Shown: positions 1 through 7,474 of the stretch, in pieces
Layout of the letters: each line of letters opens with the position of its first letter
Numbering within the stretch: position 1 is the stretch's first letter
The notes under the pieces: model-generated
What the model was told of the DNA's origin: nothing
The model's database searches: none
The model's input: only the letters and a program-made list of their open reading frames with translations
Program-made: the position numbers and the translations under genes
DNA from: Geotalea daltonii FRC-32
GTDB taxonomy: Bacteria; Desulfobacterota; Desulfuromonadia; Geobacterales; Geobacteraceae
DNA length: 32,000 nt
Direction: 5' to 3'
NCBI RefSeq assembly: GCF_000022265.1
Contig: NC_011979.1
Span: 3,840,001 to 3,872,000 of the forward strand

Positions 1-2851
1 CGCCTGACGATACGGGAATGGTACCGGTATTGGTCAGGTTGAATGTCACGGTATTGGTGGTGGAGAAGGTGGTCGGCAATGTTGGGCTTATGGATACTTC
101 ACTAACGGCAGAACCGAAGCTGTTCGAAGCGGTTTGCATGATATTACCGGCCTCGGAGTATAGCTCGGCCTGGATCAGATAATTTCCAGACACTGCATTT
201 TGCGGCATGACAAAGCTGACAGTCTGTGCAACATCGCCATCTGCCGCTAAACTCAGTGAAACTGTCGTATCGAATACTTTAGCGACATAGGGATCTAGTA
301 CCCTTACATGGAGGAGTGGCGAGAGGTCTAACGACTGCTTGTTGTGAATGTTTACCGTAACAGGGACGGTTTCTCCAGACTTGTAAAGCGCCTGGTCAAC
401 TTTGACAGTCATATCGGCAGAGGGGGTAATCATCATGGCAAGAGCGGGACTGAAGATGAACGTCTCACCAGGAGCGAGGGTACTGCCGATGCGGGCACTG
501 AAATACCCTTCAGCACCTGCGGAAATGGTTACATCTCCAGGAGTTATGTCAGTAATTGCATAGGTTCCGCCTGCTAACGTCGCTGCTTTCAATGTTGTAT
601 TTCCGGTTGCTGTCTCCATTACGGCACCGGCAAATGGTGCATCGGAGCCGGCATTCCTCACCACGCCCTGCACGGATGCTGAAACAGTGCCGGTGGATAG
701 GACAATTGTTCCGGCATTGGTAGTCGCTCCAGCGGTAATGTAGGTCTTCAAGGTACGTGGAGTATAACCATCCAGGGCAACCGTTATCTGCTGCATTCCG
801 TAATGAATGCCATTCAGGGCAAACGTACCGGTGCTGTTCGTCACAGTGCTAACTTTAGGATCGTTGGTCAAGGACAAGGCTACACCTGCAAGAGGTAGAG
901 AAGTCACCGCATCAACCACCGTCCCGCTAATACCTCCGTTTGTCACCAATGGGGTGAGAGCAATATCCATGGTCTGGAGCCATGGCTGCTTCCCAACGGT
1001 GTAGGATTTGCCCACATATCCGACAGAGAAGGCCTTGACGGTTATCTCGGCATCGTTGATGTCGGCTATGGCATAGGTACCGGCAAAGTCGGTGCGGGAG
1101 GTCAGGTTGCCCGGTTGAACCATAACTTCCGCCCCCGGAATGGGCAACCCGCTCTTTGCATCGGTCACCTTGCCGGTCAGGGTCATCAAGAAAGACATCT
1201 CCAGGCGGATCGTGCCCAAATCTGTGGTAGTGCCGGCAGAAATCACCACCCGGAAGGTATGGCTGGCGAAACCATGCATACCCACGACCACCTGGTAGGT
1301 CCCCGGCTGCAGGTTGGCGATAGTAAAGTACCCGCCCCCTTCCGGTTCGACCGAAACCGACGTCCCTCCGGAGACGATCACCTGCACCCCAGTCTCTTCC
1401 GGCAGATGCCCGATGGGCCTACCCCAGAAGCTGTCCACCACTCGGCCCACCAGGGTGCCTGTTGTAGCCGTTGGTGGGGAGGTGCTCAAACGCGGAGAAA
1501 AGGTAAGCGTCGTTCGGGCGTAGACAGTGCCGGTGGAGGTCAAGGCTTGATAGCCTGCCTTCTCGGCAGTGATAGTGACATCGCCAGGGGTGACATAGGT
1601 AAAGGTGAAGCCTCCGTCGGCTCCGGTTGTGGCAGTGCCGCTCCAGGCCCCTGATACTGTGATTGCCACACCAGCCAGCGGCTTACCTGTGGGGTCGGTC
1701 ACGGTGCCGGCGATGGTACCGGTGGAATAAGCGGAAAGCAGGGAGATGGTTCCGAGGCTAGAGGTTGCCCCTGCAACAGCGGTTGTGGATGCGCTGTTTG
1801 CGGCATAGCCAGAGAGTGTAAAGGTCAGCTTCTGCGTACCTGTTGGTACATCGGCCAACGCAAAGCTGCCGGTGGCGTCGGTGGTTGCGGCAAAGAGGGT
1901 GTTGCCGTCAATCGCCACCGCTACGCCGCTCACCGGCCTCTTTGTCACCGCATCGATCACTGTGCCGGTAATTGTAGCACCAAGCGGCGGCGCCGGAGGC
2001 GGCGACGGTTTGTTTTCAGAGAAATACAGCGCTTTCAGCGCCAATGCAGTCGAGTAGGGATCGTCATTCCAGGAGCCGTTGGCGGATTGAGTGGTGGTGA
2101 GGTAATTGACGGCATTCCCCAGAATGGTTGCATCATTGGAAACAGCTGCCAGGGCAACATAGGCCAGGGCTGTTTCATAAACGGTAGAAGGAGAACTGCC
2201 GAAGCCGCCGTCGCTGTTCTGATGGGCGATGAGGAAGGCGGTAGCTTTGGCTACGGCATTGGCAATGATGGTCATTTGGGGGAACTGCTGCAGGGTCGCC
2301 GAGACGACAGCGGTCATATAGACGTTGCTGCTGTCGCCGGCATAGAATCCCCAGCCACCGTCTGCATTCTGGCTGGAGGTCAGATACGCCAGGGCCGGGT
2401 TGATGATGGTGGGGTCGGTGTAGTTGGCGGATTTGAGGGCTTGGAGGGCCTTCGCGGTATCAAGCAGGGTTGTTTCATACCCGGCATCGCCGCCCCAACC
2501 TCCTTTGATTCCATCTACAGAGGGAGTAAGGGAAGTGACATCACTCAACCCAAGGGTGCGGAGCCTTTCTGCTATGTAGTCAACTGGCTGCGGTGATAGT
2601 GCCTGCAGCCATGAAGTGCCGGTTGTATAGGAAGTGGAGGCGGTCTGATTCAGCAGTTTCAACGTTTCCAGGACAGAAACAGTGGCTGCGGTGGTTTCTA
2701 CCTCCGACGTGCTGGTATTCCAGGTGCCGTCAGGGTTTTGGGATGCAGTAAGGAAGGTCAGGCCGCCAGCGATTTGAGGGAGTTGGGCATGTGCGAATGT
2801 CGCTAGATTAAACACAATAGCAACAATGATGATTAAATTACGATTGAGCAT
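1..2851 (-). CDS. large secreted surface protein, partial (C-terminus lies beyond window start): signal peptide, prenyltransferase/squalene-oxidase-like repeats, at least 6 carboxypeptidase-regulatory-like beta-sandwich repeats, CARDB/MG-like distal module
   Basis: Absent from the ORF track because it has no stop in the window. I translated the minus strand by hand from the ATG at 2851..2849 (GGAGTGG RBS upstream) to position 1: 950 codons, no stop. The N-terminus MLNRNLIIIVAIVFNLATFAHA looks like a signal peptide. Five QNxDGxW-type repeats are present (SQNPDGTWN, GIKGGWGG, SQNADGGWGF, HQNSDGGFGS, TQSANGSWND). A PSPPPAPP linker follows, then repeated units such as GTVIDAVTKRPVSGVAVAI..TDATGSFALADVPTG..LTFTLSGY and GTVTDPTGKPLAGVAITV..GADGGFTFTYVTPGDVTITAEKAGY. 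Domain names rest on motif recognition, not a search. Confidence 0.8.
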   Translation of the reverse strand, partial: MLNRNLIIIVAIVFNLATFAHAQLPQIAGGLTFLTASQNPDGTWNTSTSEVETTAATVSVLETLKLLNQTASTSYTTGTSWLQALSPQPVDYIAERLRTLGLSDVTSLTPSVDGIKGGWGGDAGYETTLLDTAKALQALKSANYTDPTIINPALAYLTSSQNADGGWGFYAGDSSNVYMTAVVSATLQQFPQMTIIANAVAKATAFLIAHQNSDGGFGSSPSTVYETALAYVALAAVSNDATILGNAVNYLTTTQSANGSWNDDPYSTALALKALYFSENKPSPPPAPPLGATITGTVIDAVTKRPVSGVAVAIDGNTLFAATTDATGSFALADVPTGTQKLTFTLSGYAANSASTTAVAGATSSLGTISLLSAYSTGTIAGTVTDPTGKPLAGVAITVSGAWSGTATTGADGGFTFTYVTPGDVTITAEKAGYQALTSTGTVYARTTLTFSPRLSTSPPTATTGTLVGRVVDSFWGRPIGHLPEETGVQVIVSGGTSVSVEPEGGGYFTIANLQPGTYQVVVGMHGFASHTFRVVISAGTTTDLGTIRLEMSFLMTLTGKVTDAKSGLPIPGAEVMVQPGNLTSRTDFAGTYAIADINDAEITVKAFSVGYVGKSYTVGKQPWLQTMDIALTPLVTNGGISGTVVDAVTSLPLAGVALSLTNDPKVSTVTNSTGTFALNGIHYGMQQITVALDGYTPRTLKTYITAGATTNAGTIVLSTGTVSASVQGVVRNAGSDAPFAGAVMETATGNTTLKAATLAGGTYAITDITPGDVTISAGAEGYFSARIGSTLAPGETFIFSPALAMMITPSADMTVKVDQALYKSGETVPVTVNIHNKQSLDLSPLLHVRVLDPYVAKVFDTTVSLSLAADGDVAQTVSFVMPQNAVSGNYLIQAELYSEAGNIMQTASNSFGSAVSEVSISPTLPTTFSTTNTVTFNLTNTGTIPVSSG

Positions 2852-2905
2852 GTAGCCACTCCAATTTTTATAAAATATTTGTTCTCTGAAAATTGTGAAA
2901 TAAAT

Positions 2906-5881
2906 TTACACTAGCTCCTCAATCACATTAACAATGGTTTCTACAAAATTGTTTAGATCTTTACTGGTGGTGTAATCTTTCATCTGCATGCCTAGCAAGG
3001 CAAATGACAGCTTTTTCAAAAATTCTGTTGATACTCTAACCCACAACGTATCAAGTTTATCTACAACAATTTTATTAGCTTCATATTTCGATATACCAAC
3101 TAAAACACAGTAAAACCCTTTTTGAAGTTCTCCTGAAGAGTACAAAACACTATACATTTCTAAACCAGAATCTCCGGCTGCAGCCGCAATTGCTAAATAA
3201 TGCATTAGTTCTGCAACCATTGCTCGTTGCAGCAGTCCCCCATTCATGGCACCATTAATCATATATGCCCCAGCACAAGTCTCAGGATTAGTGATGATAT
3301 AGCCACAGCCAACCCAGCCATTGAAGTTTATATTCGTCTTAGACACAGTAACGACTTTGCCAGCGTTAACTGCATTGCTAATATCCTCTTTGGTCTGCTG
3401 ATCAAGCTGTAGTTGCGGCATCAGTGCGGATACGTTCTGCTGGTTGATTGTGTAGATGGGTATTCCCTGATCATTGGCAATCTTAAGTGCCTTGACTGTG
3501 CTGATTGCTTGTGCTTGATTCTCCGGTGTTGAAAAAAGTTGTTCCGGCACGCTATGCTCCAGAGCGGATGATGTCATGCCACTGGATAGCATGTACTGCT
3601 TCGCTGTATCGTTGTTGCCATCCTTTGCCTTCACCACCTGCATCAAATAATCTGCATCCATATTGAGTCCGCCAGTGCTGACGAAGCGTGGTATGCCAAA
3701 GAACATCGCCACTCTCAGTTTGGTAGCAAAAATAGTTTCCGAAGGCACAGTGATGGCATTGACGTTCATTGTTCTGGCGGTGATGTAGTTCATGGTGCCA
3801 AGCTCTGCATGGTAGGCCAGCGCGGTTGTATAGAGCAGGTCACCGACAAGGTCGTCCTTCATCATGCCGCTGAAGTCGCTGTTCTGCAGTTTTGTTTTGG
3901 TCGTCTCCAGCTTTGACTTCAGCGCCGTCAACTGCTCTTGGCTGATCCTCCCAAGATTGAGCCCAATCGCCTGATACACACCGGCATCGATGTAATTGGT
4001 TATCTGACTCGCTCCATACGACGGATCGGAAAAAGTGATAGTAAAGATGTTGGTCCCTCCAAGCCCAACCGGTGCACCTGTGGCAACCACCTGGCCGTCA
4101 ATCCTCAACTCGGGTTTTACATTGATCAGGTATGCCGGGAGTTGTGACGGCAGTTCGCTTGGCTGGATAGGCGATCCATCTGCATGGGGAGTCGGCAAGA
4201 AAGAATTGATGACGGCTTCATCCTGTGGGGTCGCTGGTGAGTAACTGAGGGTAATCTTCTTCCCTGCCAGTTCGGCAAGGTTTTTGCTGATATTCAGTGA
4301 TGTATCAGTGGGTAACGGTGCATCGGGATCATAGGCTGTAATATCGACTGTCTCCTTTTTGACGTAGAAGGACAGCTTGTGGCGCAAGGTATCTGGAACA
4401 GCGGCAAAGGTTGCTCCCTTTACGGCGGTGCGGTACGGCAGGGTGCCCAGGAGATACGGATATTCCTTTTTGACGATCTCTTTCTTGCCGAGGACGTCGC
4501 CAACTGTGGCATTGGGATAATTCTGCTGTATGTAATTTTGCACCCGTGTCTGGTAGTCCTGCATGGTCTGCTGGACGAGCAGAGAATTTACACCTGTAAC
4601 ATAGCCTTGGGTTTCGTTGATGGTGGCGCCTGATTGAATCTGGGTCAGGAAGGATTGCGCGTCAAAGGGAACGGCTGTCTTGATGTCGATCCCTTGGGAA
4701 TAGTTGTACTGCTTGTAGCTTGGATCGAGCCTGATCCAGGTATCTCCTTGTCCCTGTTTGTGCTTGGCGCCTCGGGACGGAATATAGTCGATGAAGGCTT
4801 CGACCCAGACATGCTCGAACCGAGCGGCTACTATTTTGCCATTAGCAACGAGACCTTTGGTGGGTATGCCGCCGCTGGACATGAAATCCAGGGCTGCCAT
4901 GGGGTCGGAAAAGCCCCCTGCCCAGTTCATAATTTTTTCGATAGGCAGTTCCACGGTGCCGGTGACATAACGTGCATGAATCCCGGCTGTCCGCAGCAAA
5001 GCGATAAGCAGAGATGAAGTATCGAAGGCATTCCCCTGTTTTGTCTGCATGGTCATCTGGGCACCCTGAATGGAGCCCCAGGTGGGGACGAATTCGATGT
5101 TGTTCCTCACCCACTCATAGATCTTCACCGGGTTATTCCCCAACTCCAGCGCCTTGGCCCTGATCTCCGGGGTCAGTTGCACCTCGATGGTCTCGGCAAG
5201 GTCGTCGGGTGTTAACAGCCCGGCCGTAGAGCCTGCGGATGCCAGCATAATTCGCATCTGGTTCTTCCAGGCATGTTTGTCCTTCTTCAGGTCCTTCTCG
5301 AACTCTTCCTTTTTCATGCGCGGTTCGCGCTTGATAACCTTGGGTTGACGATGGGGGAGATTGTTGGGGTCGAGTTTTTGATGGCGGGATGGGGCTTTTG
5401 TTTTTTCCAGATGCTGGTGGGCTTTTTCCATGCCCGTATCGGCCTCTGCCTTGTCCTTGGCTTTCTCTATGATATCGAGATTGCCCTTCAGTTCTGCCAA
5501 ATTGTCATCGTAATGCTTGACGAACTTACGGTGCCGCTCCAGGATCTCCGGGGGAAGCTTGGCATCCTTCAGCTTCTTTTCCGTCTCGGCGAACTGCTTG
5601 CGCACTTCCACGTCAAGGGCTTCGATCTCTGCCTTCTTGGTCCGCAGGCGCCCTTTCTTGGTCTGCAGATCTTCCTTTTTATCGCCGAGGATGTCTTCAA
5701 CCTCTTCGGTTGCCTTGGCAAAGCGCTCCTCTGAGCCCTCCGGCTTTTTCTCGACCTGCTGCAACTTGGCCTTCTTCGCCTCGATCTGGGCTGCATTGGC
5801 AATGCTGAAAACCCCACCGGACGTCCAGGTAAAAAAGCAGAGAACTACTGCGGATATCTGACGTGAGTATTTGCGGAACAT
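2906..5881 (-). CDS. secreted/anchored transglutaminase-like domain protein (991 aa) with N-terminal K/E-rich coiled-coil region and low-GC C-terminal tail
   Basis: ORF-track entry with a strong RBS (GGAGGGGAAAGATG). The hydrophobic N-terminus is ISAVVLCFFTWTSGGVFSIANA. Residues ~35-205 are K/E-rich heptad-like sequence. The transglutaminase core reads GNAFDTSSLLIALLRTAGIHARYVTG ... EHVWVEAFI ... WIRLDPS: the His and Asp motifs are present, but the Cys position is Ala. Confidence 0.85.
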   Translation of the reverse strand: MFRKYSRQISAVVLCFFTWTSGGVFSIANAAQIEAKKAKLQQVEKKPEGSEERFAKATEEVEDILGDKKEDLQTKKGRLRTKKAEIEALDVEVRKQFAETEKKLKDAKLPPEILERHRKFVKHYDDNLAELKGNLDIIEKAKDKAEADTGMEKAHQHLEKTKAPSRHQKLDPNNLPHRQPKVIKREPRMKKEEFEKDLKKDKHAWKNQMRIMLASAGSTAGLLTPDDLAETIEVQLTPEIRAKALELGNNPVKIYEWVRNNIEFVPTWGSIQGAQMTMQTKQGNAFDTSSLLIALLRTAGIHARYVTGTVELPIEKIMNWAGGFSDPMAALDFMSSGGIPTKGLVANGKIVAARFEHVWVEAFIDYIPSRGAKHKQGQGDTWIRLDPSYKQYNYSQGIDIKTAVPFDAQSFLTQIQSGATINETQGYVTGVNSLLVQQTMQDYQTRVQNYIQQNYPNATVGDVLGKKEIVKKEYPYLLGTLPYRTAVKGATFAAVPDTLRHKLSFYVKKETVDITAYDPDAPLPTDTSLNISKNLAELAGKKITLSYSPATPQDEAVINSFLPTPHADGSPIQPSELPSQLPAYLINVKPELRIDGQVVATGAPVGLGGTNIFTITFSDPSYGASQITNYIDAGVYQAIGLNLGRISQEQLTALKSKLETTKTKLQNSDFSGMMKDDLVGDLLYTTALAYHAELGTMNYITARTMNVNAITVPSETIFATKLRVAMFFGIPRFVSTGGLNMDADYLMQVVKAKDGNNDTAKQYMLSSGMTSSALEHSVPEQLFSTPENQAQAISTVKALKIANDQGIPIYTINQQNVSALMPQLQLDQQTKEDISNAVNAGKVVTVSKTNINFNGWVGCGYIITNPETCAGAYMINGAMNGGLLQRAMVAELMHYLAIAAAAGDSGLEMYSVLYSSGELQKGFYCVLVGISKYEANKIVVDKLDTLWVRVSTEFLKKLSFALLGMQMKDYTTSKDLNNFVETIVNVIEELV

Positions 5882-5914
5882 CTTTCCCCTCCATAAAAAA
5901 CATTCAAAAACATC

Positions 5915-6325
5915 AAACCTTGAATTGGACGCGGAAACTGCGGATCAGAACGGATCAAGCATTAACCCAAAATCCTAAGTTTTTGATCTTGGTTTAAAAT
6001 CCGCCTTTTCAGCCGTTATCCGCGTCCCATTCAAAAGTCTTTAAAATCTTAAAATCCTCAAAACCTGAATTGGACGCGGAAACTGCGGATCAAAGCGGAT
6101 CAAGCATAAACCCCAAAAGCCTTAGGTCTTTGATCCTGGGTTTAATCCGCCTTTTCCGCCTTTATCCGCGTCCCATTCAAAAGCCTTTAAAATCTTAAAA
6201 ATCCTCAAAACCTGAATTAGACGCGGAAACTGCGGATCAGAGCGGATCAAGCATTAACCCAAAATCCTAAGTCCTTTGATCTTGGTTTTAAATCCGCCTT
6301 TTCCGCCGTGATCCGCGTCCCATAA
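5915..6325. repeat. three head-to-tail copies of a ~146-bp unit, each containing a ~101-nt imperfect palindrome plus a conserved AT-rich linker
   Basis: The anchor GGACGCGGA occurs at 5927 and 6072, and as AGACGCGGA at 6219, giving periods of 145 and 147 bp. The matching TCCGCGTCC lies at 6019-6027, 6165-6173 and 6312-6320. The linker cattcaaaag(t/c)ctttaaaatcttaaaa(a)tcctcaaaacctgaatt is conserved between copies. The units are near-identical, with scattered substitutions. Confidence 0.9.
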
Positions 6326-6396
6326 AGATTTTTGACTTTAATCCTGCAGTCCGCTCTTCACCGAAAAGTGCACAAAACTTCATCAGTGTCACCAAA

Positions 6397-6432
6397 AGTG
6401 TAAAAAAATTTTACAGTGTAAAAAATTTTTAC
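6397..6432. repeat. two tandem 18-bp units, each a near-palindrome GTAAAAAA(A)TTTTAC
   Basis: AGTGTAAAAAAATTTTAC (6397-6414) is followed directly by AGTGTAAAAAATTTTTAC (6415-6432). They sit inside a very AT-rich non-coding stretch (about 6330-6540). Confidence 0.8.
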
Positions 6433-6624
6433 AGCCTATATCATTGTTTTTAAAGGGTAATCAGGACTATAGAAAATTGATGAAAGGATTACAACTGAAT
6501 TAAAAATATAATTTGTTAATTTGTAGGCACAAAATCAGCATCAAACCAAAGAGACGCTTTCATTGGAGTGGGAAAAGCTGAGGCGGTTGCTGCGTAGGGC
6601 CTGTGAGAATGGCTCGGAGAGGGT

Positions 6625-7464
6625 TTAGAGATCCAGATTTATGAAATCGAAGGCCTGTACCATGTCGGCAACGGCTTTGGAGCGGCAATACTTGATGAAT
6701 TCCCTTGCAAGCGGGGTCGGTTCCCCTTTCGCCACCAGGTTCAGGACGCGGATTAGCGGGTACGAGCCGTTGACGATGGAAGCCTTGGTGGGAAGCCGGC
6801 CGTCGAGGGCAATCATGTGGATCTTGCCCTGCCGGCTGGAATAGCGGTAGGCCTCGCCGAAGGAGACATAGCCGATGGCGCCGCTGTTTTTTGCCACCGC
6901 CTTGATGGTAATGGCCGATGAGGCAGGAATGAGAATCCCCTGCAGCTGCGACACCGGTATCTGCAGATATTCGGAAACGATTTTGGTGGATGATCGCCCG
7001 TCACCCCGCAATATGGCCTTGAGCGGCTGATCTCTGCCGATAAATTGCTTCCAGTTGCTTGCCTTGCCGGTGAAGACCTGCGCCAACTCGGCTCTGGTCA
7101 TATTTTTTACCGAACTGTTGCCGGAAACGATGAAGCAGATGGCATCGAGCCCAACGGGGAATGCCTTCAGGTCCCGTTCCGTTTCCTTGAGCGCCCGCGA
7201 CACCATGCCGAGGGAATTTCTGCTGGTTCTGGTATCGCTCAAACCTCTGGCGGAGTTATAGCCCTGGACGGTGATCGTCACCCCCGGGTGCAGTCGCTCG
7301 AAGGATTTGGCCATTTCCGCAATGAGCGGAGCCATGGTTTCCGAGCCGGTAATCAAAAGGCTGCCGGAGAGGCGCTCGGCGGCCGATGCAGGCAAGGGGC
7401 TGAAGATCAGCAGGGAAAGCAGGAGAAAAGCCAAAAGACACGGGTGCTTGCTCGTAACCATCAT
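6625..7464 (-). CDS. PstS-family phosphate-binding periplasmic protein (orphan, no pstCAB nearby)
   Basis: ORF 6625..7500. I prefer the internal start MMVTSKHPCLLAFLLLSLLIFSPLPASA at 7464 because it has an AAGGA RBS and removes the overlap with the upstream gene. Signal peptide present. PBP-like-2 sequence: ITGSETMAPLIAEMAKSFERLHPGVTITVQGYNSARG. Confidence 0.8.
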   Translation of the reverse strand: MMVTSKHPCLLAFLLLSLLIFSPLPASAAERLSGSLLITGSETMAPLIAEMAKSFERLHPGVTITVQGYNSARGLSDTRTSRNSLGMVSRALKETERDLKAFPVGLDAICFIVSGNSSVKNMTRAELAQVFTGKASNWKQFIGRDQPLKAILRGDGRSSTKIVSEYLQIPVSQLQGILIPASSAITIKAVAKNSGAIGYVSFGEAYRYSSRQGKIHMIALDGRLPTKASIVNGSYPLIRVLNLVAKGEPTPLAREFIKYCRSKAVADMVQAFDFINLDL

Positions 7465-7474
7465 TTTTTTCCTT

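Noticed and set aside
344-2596. Seven plus-strand ORFs in the track (344..577, 807..1004, 1115..1654, 1314..1523, 1872..2057, 2087..2596 and others).
   Set aside because: They lie antisense to, or out of frame with, a continuous 950-codon minus-strand frame that shows a signal peptide and clear repeated domain motifs. Their own translations are low-complexity and Arg/Gly/Pro-rich, as expected for shadow ORFs in GC-rich coding DNA.
2906-3235. Reading the low-GC C-terminal tail as a polymorphic toxin domain with a downstream immunity gene.
   Set aside because: The next gene is a >950-aa secreted protein, not a small immunity-like ORF. The tail has no nuclease, deaminase or other toxin motif that I can recognise, and no secretion-system genes are in the window. 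I keep it only as a compositional or cassette observation.
5915-6325. A CRISPR array or riboswitch (GEMM-type) interpretation of the tandem units.
   Set aside because: The segments between the palindromes are themselves conserved between copies, so there are no unique spacers. The period (~146 bp) is far too long, and no cas genes are present. I could not match the units to any riboswitch consensus I know, so I make no riboswitch claim.
6526-6539. A sigma54-like -24/-12 element on the plus strand: GGCAC-aaaat-caGCA, with correct GG-N10-GC spacing.
   Set aside because: It points into the 3' end of the convergent PstS-like gene. There is no plus-strand ORF downstream, the TTGC half is degenerate, and no enhancer-binding protein gene is nearby. 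It is most likely a chance match in AT-rich DNA. It could only matter if an antisense or small RNA starts here.
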